DNA from: an uncultured Actinomycetes bacterium
GTDB taxonomy: Bacteria; Actinomycetota; Thermoleophilia; UBA2241
DNA length: 64,000 nucleotides
NCBI GenBank assembly: GCA_963725665.1
Contig: CAVRZA010000001.1
Location: 192,001 to 256,000 of the forward strand
Reading direction: 5' to 3'
Below, in pieces: positions 40,748 to 49,189 of this stretch. Every line of letters begins with the position of its first letter. Positions within the stretch are counted from its first letter, which is position 1. The translations under genes and the position numbers were made by a program. The notes under the pieces were generated by a model. It had not been told where the DNA came from, ran no database searches, and worked only from the letters and a program-made list of their open reading frames with translations.

Positions 40748-42955
40748 TCAGATGGTGCCGCTCGGGCTCGTGAGGCCGTCGACGGAGTTGCCGGTCGGGC
40801 TCGTGAGGTCGTAGACGGTGATCCCGCCCACGGACGTGGACGCGAAGTTCGACTCTACCCACGAGGCGATCTCGCTCATCGACGAGCCGCCTCCCCCGAA
40901 GCCTCCGCCGCCCATGCCACCGGCGATGAAGTAGTGCACGCGCCCGGCGTTCACCAGGGCCTGGAACTGGGCGAGGCTCGGGTAGGGGTCGCTGCCGTTG
41001 AAGCCGCCGAGGCTCATGACGGGCAGGTCGGTGGCGAGCTGGTAGCCGGCCGCCGACTGCGCGCCGACGGTGGCTGCGATCCAGGTGTAGTTGTCGGCGT
41101 CCGTCTTGAGGAGCGCGACCAGCTCGGCGCTGGGCGTGCTCGCGTCGAGGAGGCCTCCGGCGTTGCCGCCGCCGAAGCCGCCCTGGCCGCCGAAGCCGTT
41201 GCCGGTCCCGCCGAAGCCCTGACCGCCCATGCCGCCGGTGCTGCCGCCTTGCCTGCCGCCCGGCATGCCCGGCCCTGCGAAGCCGCCTTGGGTGCTGTTT
41301 CCGGCCTGGGGGGGAGCTTGACCGCCGAATCCTCCGAACCCGCCGTTTCTGCCGCCACCGCGCCCGAACCCGCCGCCGCGCGCGCCCGCGACCGTCGGTC
41401 CGGCGGTCGGCAGCGAACCGGCGTGCGCGGTGCTCGCCGTCTGCAGCGAGTACGCCGCCGGACCGGCCAGCGCCACCAGGATGCCGGCGACGGCCAGCGC
41501 CGGCGTCGTGCGGCGGCCCAGCCGGCCGCCCGCGGCCAACAGCGCCGCCGCGGTCAGCCCGGCGACGAGGACGAGCGGGCGCAGCCACGGTTGCCAGTCG
41601 GCCGAGCGGGAGAGGAGGACGTAGGACCAAACGGACGTCGCGGCGAGCACGGCGGCCAGAGTGACGCGCCAGGCGAGGTGCGCGCGGCGCTGCCAGAGTG
41701 CGACCGCTCCCGTGCCGACCAGGGCGCCGATGGCCGGGCCCAAGGCGACTGCGTAGTACTCGTGGATGATGCCCTGGGCGAAGCTGAAGACCCCGGCCGT
41801 GACGATCAGCCAGCCGCCCCAGAGGAGGGTGGAGGCGCGCAGGCGATCGGTGCGCGGGGCGCTCCGCGTCAGCCACAGCAGCGCGACCGTGAAGGCCAGC
41901 GCCGCCGGCAGCAGCCATGCCACCTGGCCGCCCCAGGAGGCGGTGAACATGCGGTCCCACCCGGTCGCGCCCCACATGCCGGCGCGACCGGTACCGCCGG
42001 GGACCACGCTGCCGACCTCGTTGCCCGTGATACGCCCGAGGCCGTTGTAACCGAAGATTAGCTCCAGCACGCTGTTGGCCTGCGAGCCGCCGATGTAGGG
42101 CCTGCTCGACGCCGGCCAGAGCTCGACGATCGCGACCCACCAGCCGCCCGAGACGAGCAGCGCGACGCCGGCGAGCACGAGGTGCCAGAGCCGGCGTCGC
42201 AGCCCGATCGGTGCGGCCACCATATAGACGAGAGCGAACACGGGCACGACGAAGAACGCCTGCAGCATCTTGGTGAGGAAGGCGAAGCCTACGAACGTCG
42301 CGGCGAGCATCAGCCAGCGGGCGCCGCCGCGCTCGACGGCGCGCACGGTGGCCCACGCCGACAGCACCAGGAGCAGCACCAGGAGCGCGTCGGGGTTGTT
42401 GAAGCGGAACATCAGCGCGGCGGCCGGTGTGAAGGCCAGGATCGCCCCGGCTATCAGGCCGGCGACGGGCCCGAACCAGCGGCGCAGGGTCGCGTAGAGG
42501 ACGGCGACCGCCGCGACGCCCATGAGCGCCTGCGGCACCAGGATGCTCCACGAGTTGACGCCGAACAGGCGCGCCGAGAGGCCCATCACCCAAAGCGACG
42601 CCGGCGGCTTGTCGACGGTGATGAAGCTGGCCGCGTCGGAGGAGCCGAAGAGGAAAGCCTTCCAGCTCTGCGTGCCGGCTTGCACCGCGGCGGAGTAGAA
42701 AGCGTTGGCCCAGCCGGACTTGCCCAGGCCGACGAGGTAGAGCAGCGCCGTGCCGACGAGCAACGCGAGGAGGGCGGGCTGGACCCAGGCGGGGTCATCC
42801 GGTCGGCCGCGCCAGAGCCGTCCCACAAAGGAGGGCCGGGACGGCTCCGGCGCGGCGGTGTCCTGGCCGGCCCGATCGGCGCGGCCGGTCTGATCGGGCC
42901 GATCCAGGTCGAGAGGGGTGGGGCTGGCTGGTCCGGTCTCGAAGGTCATGGTCAT
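40748..42955 (-). CDS. ArnT/PMT family (GT39/GT83-like) glycosyltransferase
   Basis: ANAFYSAAV, VDKPP, FRFNNPD, FLTKMLQA; Gly-rich C-terminal stretch. Confidence 0.92.
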   Translation of the reverse strand: MTMTFETGPASPTPLDLDRPDQTGRADRAGQDTAAPEPSRPSFVGRLWRGRPDDPAWVQPALLALLVGTALLYLVGLGKSGWANAFYSAAVQAGTQSWKAFLFGSSDAASFITVDKPPASLWVMGLSARLFGVNSWSILVPQALMGVAAVAVLYATLRRWFGPVAGLIAGAILAFTPAAALMFRFNNPDALLVLLLVLSAWATVRAVERGGARWLMLAATFVGFAFLTKMLQAFFVVPVFALVYMVAAPIGLRRRLWHLVLAGVALLVSGGWWVAIVELWPASSRPYIGGSQANSVLELIFGYNGLGRITGNEVGSVVPGGTGRAGMWGATGWDRMFTASWGGQVAWLLPAALAFTVALLWLTRSAPRTDRLRASTLLWGGWLIVTAGVFSFAQGIIHEYYAVALGPAIGALVGTGAVALWQRRAHLAWRVTLAAVLAATSVWSYVLLSRSADWQPWLRPLVLVAGLTAAALLAAGGRLGRRTTPALAVAGILVALAGPAAYSLQTASTAHAGSLPTAGPTVAGARGGGFGRGGGRNGGFGGFGGQAPPQAGNSTQGGFAGPGMPGGRQGGSTGGMGGQGFGGTGNGFGGQGGFGGGNAGGLLDASTPSAELVALLKTDADNYTWIAATVGAQSAAGYQLATDLPVMSLGGFNGSDPYPSLAQFQALVNAGRVHYFIAGGMGGGGFGGGGSSMSEIASWVESNFASTSVGGITVYDLTSPTGNSVDGLTSPSGTI

Positions 42956-44190
42956 CAGGTCCTTGACGTCGTTGTGTCTGTTTGTTGCGGGAACAGCCAG
43001 CCCCGGAAGAGGACGAAGCGTAGAAGGGTGGCGGTGACGCTGGCCGCGATGAGAACAGCCAGCTCCAGGCGGTGGCTCGCACTCGGGTCGAGGCCGTGGA
43101 GGAGCACGAGGCTGCCGCTCGTCACCGTCAGGCCGAGCGCGAAGACCACGAGGCCCTGCGTCTGATGCCGCAGCCAGCCCTTTGAGCCGCGCACGCCGAA
43201 GGTGAGGCGCCGGTTCGCCGCCGTGTTGGCGATGGCGGTCGCCGCCAGCGCCAGCGCGTTGGCAAGCTGAGCCGGCAGGGCGGCGCGGAACACAAGGTAG
43301 AGTGCGGCATAGGCCAGCGTGCTGGCGGCGCCGATCAGGCAGAAGCTCGCGAGCTGCCACGCGAAACGGGGGCGCGCCGCGCCCTCCAGCGGGTCCGCCT
43401 GCCCGTCGCCGCGCAGCGCGGCGAGCGGCAGGCGGCCCGCGGTCAGGGCGCGGCGCAGCCGCCAGACGCCCTTCAGATCGGCGAGCGCCGTCGCCGCGAT
43501 GTCGACGCGAGAATCGGGGTCGTCTACCCAATCGACGGGGACCTCGTGGATGCGCATCCCGGCGCGTTCGGCCAGCACGAGGAGCTCCGTGTCGAAGAAC
43601 CAGCCCGTGTCCTCGATCAGGGGCAGCAGCCGCTGCGCCTGATCGGCGCGGATGGCTTTGAAGCCGCACTGCGCGTCGGAGAACCTCGACCTGAGCACGA
43701 CGCGCAGCAGCAAATTGTAGCAGCGCGATGTGAGCTCGCGCTTGGCGCCGCGCACGACGCGCGAGCTCCGCGCGAGCCTGGTGCCGATGGCCACGTCGGA
43801 GTGGCCCGAGAGTAGGGGCGCGACCAGCGGCAACAGCGCGGCCAACCCGGTCGAGAGGTCGACGTCCATGTAGACCAGCACGTCGGCGTCGCTGGAGCCC
43901 CAGACAGAGTGCAGCGCCCGGCCTCGTCCCTTGGCGTCGAGGTGGACGGCGCGCACCGCCGGCAGCGACCTCTCGAGCCGCCGCGCGATCGACCAGGTGT
44001 CGTCGGCGCTGGCGTTATCGGCGATGGTGAGGCGGAAGGTGAAGGGCAGGTGCGTCGTGAGGTAGGCGTACAGGCGGCGCACGTTGGGCTCGAGGTCGGC
44101 CTTCTCGTTGTAGACGGGCACGACGATGTCGAGCTCTGGCGCCGCGACCTCGGTCAGGGGAGCGACTCGATGTGCCAGCGCAGTCGTCAT
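42955..44190 (-). CDS. GT2 glycosyltransferase-GtrA fusion (polyprenyl-phosphate sugar synthase)
   Basis: VPVYNE, ADNAS, YMDVD, DAQCGFK, WFFDTELL; C-terminal GtrA helices. Confidence 0.92.
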   Translation of the reverse strand: MTTALAHRVAPLTEVAAPELDIVVPVYNEKADLEPNVRRLYAYLTTHLPFTFRLTIADNASADDTWSIARRLERSLPAVRAVHLDAKGRGRALHSVWGSSDADVLVYMDVDLSTGLAALLPLVAPLLSGHSDVAIGTRLARSSRVVRGAKRELTSRCYNLLLRVVLRSRFSDAQCGFKAIRADQAQRLLPLIEDTGWFFDTELLVLAERAGMRIHEVPVDWVDDPDSRVDIAATALADLKGVWRLRRALTAGRLPLAALRGDGQADPLEGAARPRFAWQLASFCLIGAASTLAYAALYLVFRAALPAQLANALALAATAIANTAANRRLTFGVRGSKGWLRHQTQGLVVFALGLTVTSGSLVLLHGLDPSASHRLELAVLIAASVTATLLRFVLFRGWLFPQQTDTTTSRT

Positions 44191-44213
44191 GCGAGGCATC
44201 GTACGTGCCTCTG

Positions 44214-44241
44214 CTGAAGCGGACCTGAGCCTCACCTGAGA
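44214..44241 (-). promoter_or_regulatory. Three 11-bp-spaced TCTCAG-like direct repeats (MprA/OmpR-type box)
   Basis: Minus strand TCTCAG, GCTCAG, CTTCAG at 11-bp period upstream of -10 TACGAT and leaderless ATG 44190. Confidence 0.55.
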
Positions 44242-44362
44242 GCCTGCTATGAATGCCTACGAGGATCTCAGGCCGCGGTCGGGTCCTCGTGAGAGCGGGG
44301 CCGGTCCGTTAGGCTAAGCCAGCGTGCAATCGGTCGGCCCAGTTGGCGCGGGCGGAGGTGTC

Positions 44363-45124
44363 GTGGACGGTGAGGTGACGGCAGGGCCCCTGGCGGCGCG
44401 CAAGGTCTTGCGCGTGACCGCGCACGCCTACCGCCGTTGGTTCTGGCGCCTGGCCTTCACGGCTGCAGTCGTCTTCGGCGCGACCGCGATCCTCGGTGCG
44501 ACCGTCGACGCTGCCCTCGAGCACATAAAGCACAGCGGTCCCAGCCTGGTGGAGGCGGCGCTCACCGTCTACGTCTTCGTCGGACGCTTCTTCGGTACCT
44601 TGGCGCTCGTCTTCTACGCCGGGTTCCTCGACCTCTACGTGGGAGACGCCCTCTACGAGGGTAGGGAGGTCACGCTGGGTCGCGTGCTGCGCACGTTGCC
44701 GTACGGGCGACTCATCGTCGCCGACGTGATCCTCGCCGCTATCGCTCAGGTCGGGTGGCTGCTGTTCGTCGTGCCCGGGCTGTTCGTCTTCACGGCGTTC
44801 GCGCTCGTCGGACCGCTCATCATCGTGGAGGGGCACGGCATCAGGCCTGCCTTCCTCCGCTCGCGGGCGCTGGTCATGCGCCACTTCTGGCTTGTCTTCG
44901 GCGTCGTGACGCTCCCGGTTCTGGGTGAGAGCTTCGTCGTGCACGGGGTCCAGAGTCTCCTCGGCCTCGAGCACTTCTGGGGCCTTCTGCTCGTCTCGGC
45001 CCTGATCGGCATCGTGGTGGGCTCCTACTGCGGCCTCATGGAGGTCATCATCACGCGCGAGCTCATCGGCGCTCATCCCCTTGAGGTCGAGCCCGCGACG
45101 ACGCTGGGCGGGTCTGGGCGGTAG
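44363..45124 (+). CDS. Integral membrane protein
   Basis: ~6 hydrophobic segments, LFVVPGL..F...IIVEG...RSRALV; start uncertain. Confidence 0.7.
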   Translation: MDGEVTAGPLAARKVLRVTAHAYRRWFWRLAFTAAVVFGATAILGATVDAALEHIKHSGPSLVEAALTVYVFVGRFFGTLALVFYAGFLDLYVGDALYEGREVTLGRVLRTLPYGRLIVADVILAAIAQVGWLLFVVPGLFVFTAFALVGPLIIVEGHGIRPAFLRSRALVMRHFWLVFGVVTLPVLGESFVVHGVQSLLGLEHFWGLLLVSALIGIVVGSYCGLMEVIITRELIGAHPLEVEPATTLGGSGR

Positions 45125-45175
45125 CCCGTCTCCGAGAGCAGGGGCCTCACGCCCCTGGAGTGGGGCGTCACACCC

Positions 45176-45502
45176 CTAGCGCTTGTGGTGCTTGCGGCCG
45201 CCCTTGCGCTCGCGGTGAGTGCCGTCTGCGGCGAGGCGCCGGCTGCTTTCGGGGCGCCTGCGGGGAGTGGTGATCCAGAGGAGCAGACAAGCGACGGCGA
45301 TCGAGCCGATCACGCCTCCGGGTCGCAGATGGAACCCGTAGCCGAGGATGAGGTTGATGACGATGCCGGCGATGAGCGAGCCGGCCACACCGATGAGGAA
45401 CAGCCTTCCCCAGTCCGTGGGACGCATCTCGCCGCGCACCAACAGGCTTGCTGCCCAGCCGGCCACCAGGCCGATGACGATGAAGGCCATGATGCTCCAC
45501 AT
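45176..45502 (-). CDS. GlsB/YeaQ/YmgE family stress-response membrane protein
   Basis: IVIGLVAGWAA...GVAGSLIAG...IGSIAVA. Confidence 0.82.
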   Translation of the reverse strand: MWSIMAFIVIGLVAGWAASLLVRGEMRPTDWGRLFLIGVAGSLIAGIVINLILGYGFHLRPGGVIGSIAVACLLLWITTPRRRPESSRRLAADGTHRERKGGRKHHKR

Positions 45503-45681
45503 GTGGCTGCTCCTTGGGGGGCCTCTGGTCGCTGCGGGGTGCATCATATCCGAGGGGCGTCCTCTGCGGGATGACCAAGAGGACGGGCGTCCCTCTGAAG
45601 GCTCTCCCTTGACCACGCTCCGCGTGTTTTGGGAGCCCCCTTACGGGAGACACGGACCCTATCGGATGAAAGGGGACCATT

Positions 45682-45876
45682 ATGGCCCGCTATTGCGTAG
45701 ACTGCCGTGAGTTGCCCAGCGAGACCAACTGTGACCTCTTGATGTGTGGCAGCGAGGAGCATCTCGTCGAGGCCGCTGCGGTGCACATGATCACAGCGCA
45801 CAAGCACGAGGACTCGCCGGAGCTGCGCGAGTGGGCACGCCGGGACATGAAGCCGGACAAGACGGCTGCCGCGTAG
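45682..45876 (+). CDS. DUF1059-like small metal-binding protein
   Basis: DCRE.PS..NC....G..E......A.H....H. Confidence 0.75.
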   Translation: MARYCVDCRELPSETNCDLLMCGSEEHLVEAAAVHMITAHKHEDSPELREWARRDMKPDKTAAA

Positions 45877-45989
45877 ACCGGCAGCCCACCATGAAGGTTC
45901 TTGGCGACGGCCGCCGAGAGGCGGCCGTCGCTCGTTCGGCCTGCGTCACCCCGCGAACGTGGCCACGCGAGGGGACCGCGCGCTTCTGT

Positions 45990-46036
45990 TGAGGACCGTT
46001 TGAAGACCACCACGCTGAAGACCGTTTGAAGACCAC
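45990..46036 (+). repeat. Tandem 21-bp direct repeat TGA(G/A)GACCGTTTGAAGACCAC with four TGARGACC half-sites
   Basis: Copies at 45990-46010 and 46016-46036. Confidence 0.85.
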
Positions 46037-46082
46037 TAGAATCGACCGGCGTCACGCCACTAGGAGAGGGCCGAGGAGTCCG

Positions 46083-48176
46083 TTGGAGAGCAGCAGCTTC
46101 ACGCGGGCCGCTGTCACGCAGCTCAGCTTCAGCCTGCCTCCCGAGCCGTCGCGGCTCCTGCGCGCCCGCGACCGTATCCGAGACTTCCTGCAGCAGCACT
46201 GCGCCGACCAAAGCGCGATCGACGAGGTCGTCCTCTGCATCGAGGAGGCGTGCACGAACGTCATCCGCCACAGCGGCTCGCGCGAGCAGATGCGGATTGC
46301 CCTGCGGTTCGCCGCGAACGACCTCGTCGCGGAGGTCACAGACCACGGCAAGGGGTTCGACACCGGCGCGTTCGACCCCAAGGTCATCCCCGATGTGGGC
46401 GCGCCCGGCGGACGCGGGCTCTTCCTCATGGCGCACCTCATGGACGAAGTGGCGCTGACTCGGGACGACGGGCTCGATGTGCGTATGGTCAAGAGGTCCG
46501 TAGCCCGCTGCCCGGCGGCTCGAGTCGAGAGCGGGCTCGGCGATCTGAGCTCCGCCGGGCCGAGCCTGCACCGCGAGACCAGGCTGCGCGCCCTCCTCGA
46601 GGAGATCGACGAGGCCTTCCTCGCACTCGATTGGGACTACCGCTACGTGCACGCGAACGCGCGCGCCGTGCGACTGACCGGCAAGTCACGTGCGGAGCTG
46701 CTCGGCCACAGCCCCTGGGAGCTCTTCCCTCAGCTGGTAGGGAGCGCGCTCGACCGTGCTTACCGCGACGCGATGGAGCTGGGCACGCCCTCCGTGCTCG
46801 AGTATCGCTCCGTCCTCACGGACGACTGGCTCGAGGCGCGCGTCTATCCCACGGCCGCCGGCATCAGCGCCTACTTCCGCGACATCAACGCGCGCATGAG
46901 CATCGAGGCCGACCGTGAGCGCCTGCTCCGCGACCTCGAGGCGCGAGAGCGCATGAGCGTCGCCCTGAACGACATCGCCGCCTCCATCACGTCGCTGGTC
47001 GACTACGACGAGATACTCACGCGTGTCGTCGCCCAGGCCGGCGCCGCCCTGACCGCAGAGTCCTCCTCGATCTGCACCCTCGAGGGCGACGCCTGGGTCC
47101 CGCGCTACCTCTGGCAACTGTCGGCTGAGGTGCTCGGCGCGCCCATCCCCCGCGAGAGGGTGTCGTACGCCAACATCGGTGTCGAGTCGCGCCGGGTCGT
47201 GGCCGTCGACGACTGCGAGACCGACCCGCGGGTCGACCGCGAGCTGCAGCGCTCCTGGAACGTGCGCTCCGTGGCCATGGCTCCCCTTCTCATGCGCGAC
47301 ACGGCGGTCGCGGCCATCTTCTTCAACTACCACAGCCGGCCCCACGCCTTCACGACGCACGAGATCGACTTCATCGGCAAAGCGGCGGCGATCATCTCGG
47401 GAGCGCTCGAGAACGCGCGCCTCCTTGAGCGCCTCGACAGGATCGCCACGACGCTACAGGAGAACCTCATCCATCCTCTGCCCATTATCCCTGGGCTCGA
47501 TCTCGGCCGCGTGAGCGAGACGGCCTTCGCCCCCGACCTCGTGGGCGGGGATTTCAGCGACGTGTTCGCCATCGACGAGTTCCGCGTCGCGGCACTGATC
47601 GGCGACGTGGGCGGCAAGGGGATCAGAGCGGCGGGCCTGACCGAGACGGTGCACACCGCCGTTCAGAGCTACGCACTCATCGACACCTCGCCGACTTTCA
47701 TCCTGCGCAAGGCGAACGAGCTCCTGCTGAGGAGCTCCGGCGACGAGCCGTTCGTGACCGCCTTCCTGCTTATCGTCGATCTGCGGACCGGGGAGGCGAG
47801 CTACGCGAGCGCCGGGCATCCGCCGCCCGTGATCGCCGGCCGGTCGTCCTGTGCTGTGATCGACTCGCCGTTCGGCTTGCCGTTGGGCACTTTTCCGTAC
47901 GACTACGCCGTCGGCCGGCTGACAGTGGGCGCGGGCGAGACCCTCGTCATGTACACGGACGGCGTCGTCGAGGCGCGGCGGGACGGCGAGCTGTTCGGCG
48001 AACAACGCCTGCTCGACACGGTGGCGGCGGCGCGCGCCAGCGCGCCGCAAGAGGTCGCCGAGCGGGTACGCGCCGCGGCCGTCGAGTTCGCCGGCCGGCT
48101 AAAGGACGACCTGCATGTCTTGACAATGAAGCGGACCGCGGCGGCCGCCGCGGTTCGCGAGACGACGACCGAGTGA
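46083..48176 (+). CDS. Anti-sigma kinase (HATPase_c_2)-PAS-GAF-SpoIIE/PP2C signalling protein
   Basis: EACTNVIRH, DHGKGF, GGRGL; PAS; GAF; VGGDF, GDVGGKG, SAGHPP, YTDG, DD. Confidence 0.92.
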   Translation: MESSSFTRAAVTQLSFSLPPEPSRLLRARDRIRDFLQQHCADQSAIDEVVLCIEEACTNVIRHSGSREQMRIALRFAANDLVAEVTDHGKGFDTGAFDPKVIPDVGAPGGRGLFLMAHLMDEVALTRDDGLDVRMVKRSVARCPAARVESGLGDLSSAGPSLHRETRLRALLEEIDEAFLALDWDYRYVHANARAVRLTGKSRAELLGHSPWELFPQLVGSALDRAYRDAMELGTPSVLEYRSVLTDDWLEARVYPTAAGISAYFRDINARMSIEADRERLLRDLEARERMSVALNDIAASITSLVDYDEILTRVVAQAGAALTAESSSICTLEGDAWVPRYLWQLSAEVLGAPIPRERVSYANIGVESRRVVAVDDCETDPRVDRELQRSWNVRSVAMAPLLMRDTAVAAIFFNYHSRPHAFTTHEIDFIGKAAAIISGALENARLLERLDRIATTLQENLIHPLPIIPGLDLGRVSETAFAPDLVGGDFSDVFAIDEFRVAALIGDVGGKGIRAAGLTETVHTAVQSYALIDTSPTFILRKANELLLRSSGDEPFVTAFLLIVDLRTGEASYASAGHPPPVIAGRSSCAVIDSPFGLPLGTFPYDYAVGRLTVGAGETLVMYTDGVVEARRDGELFGEQRLLDTVAAARASAPQEVAERVRAAAVEFAGRLKDDLHVLTMKRTAAAAAVRETTTE

Positions 48177-48186
48177 GGTGAGACGC

Positions 48187-49137
48187 GTGGCGGACGCGAA
48201 CCAGAAGCGCATGATCGGCGAGGTCGAGGTCTCGCTCGCCGGGCTGGGGTGCAACAACTTCGGGCGCCGCATCGATGCCGCGCGCACGCGCGCCGTCGTC
48301 GACGCGGCGCTCGACGCCGGCGTGACGCTGTTCGACACGGCCGATCGCTACGGCGACGGCGCCTCGGAGGAGTTGCTCGGTCAGGCATTGCGCGGCCGCC
48401 GCGACGAGGCCCTCATCCTCACCAAGTTCGGCATGCTCAAGCCGCCCGACGGGCTGAGCGGCGGCGACCCGCGATGGGTGGCGAGGGCGTGTGACGACAG
48501 CTTGCGTCGGCTGGACACCGACCGCATCGACGTCCTCATGCTGCACGAGCCCGACCTCTCCACGCCGATCGCCGACACGCTCGCCGCCATGGGCCGCCTC
48601 GTGGAGCAGGGCAAGGTGCGTGAGATCGGCTGCTCCAACTTCTCCGTCGCGCAGCTCACCGAGGCCGCGGCCGCCGCCGCCGACGGCGGCCTGCGACCGT
48701 TCGCGTGCGTCGAGAACGAGTACAGTCTGCTGGTGCGCGAGCCGGAGCGGGGGATGCTCGACGCCTGCGATCGCCTCGGCATGAGCTTCATCCCCTACTT
48801 CCCGCTGGCCAGCGGTCTGCTCACGGGCAAGTACCGCCGCGGCCGGCCGGTGCCGGCCGGCACGCGGCTCGGCGGCGAGGGGGGCCAGCCCGCCGAGCTC
48901 GTCATCGCCGAGGCGCGACTCGCGGTAACCGAGCGCCTGGCGGGCTTCGCCGAGGCGCGCGGGCACAGCCTGCTCGAGCTCGCCCTGTCGTGGCTGGCCC
49001 AGCGCCCGCGCGTCGCGTCGGTCATCGCCGGGGCGACCTCGCCGGAGCAGGTGAGAGCCAACGTGGCGGCGACCGCCGCCTGGGTCCTCAGCGCCGGGGA
49101 GCTTGCGGAGATCGACGAGCTGACCGGCGTCGACTGA
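48187..49137 (+). CDS. Aldo/keto reductase
   Basis: GLGCNNFG, FDTADRYG, TKFG, GCSNF, PYFPLASG. Confidence 0.93.
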   Translation: MADANQKRMIGEVEVSLAGLGCNNFGRRIDAARTRAVVDAALDAGVTLFDTADRYGDGASEELLGQALRGRRDEALILTKFGMLKPPDGLSGGDPRWVARACDDSLRRLDTDRIDVLMLHEPDLSTPIADTLAAMGRLVEQGKVREIGCSNFSVAQLTEAAAAAADGGLRPFACVENEYSLLVREPERGMLDACDRLGMSFIPYFPLASGLLTGKYRRGRPVPAGTRLGGEGGQPAELVIAEARLAVTERLAGFAEARGHSLLELALSWLAQRPRVASVIAGATSPEQVRANVAATAAWVLSAGELAEIDELTGVD

Positions 49138-49189
49138 CGGAGCTCAGGCCAGGCCGCTGGAGCTCTTGTCGCGCAGCCCGTGAACTGGG

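Noticed and set aside
41130-41390. GCCGCCGAAGCC-type repeats as a repeat element
   Set aside because: They encode the Gly/Phe-rich linker of the ArnT-like protein
24471-45876. Additional Pyl readthrough fusions at other TAG stops (e.g. 28201, 29830, 33736, 45876)
   Set aside because: The proteins are already complete for their families and I saw no convincing in-frame continuation
45990-46036. Mini-CRISPR array
   Set aside because: Only two 21-bp copies with a 5-bp spacer and no cas genes
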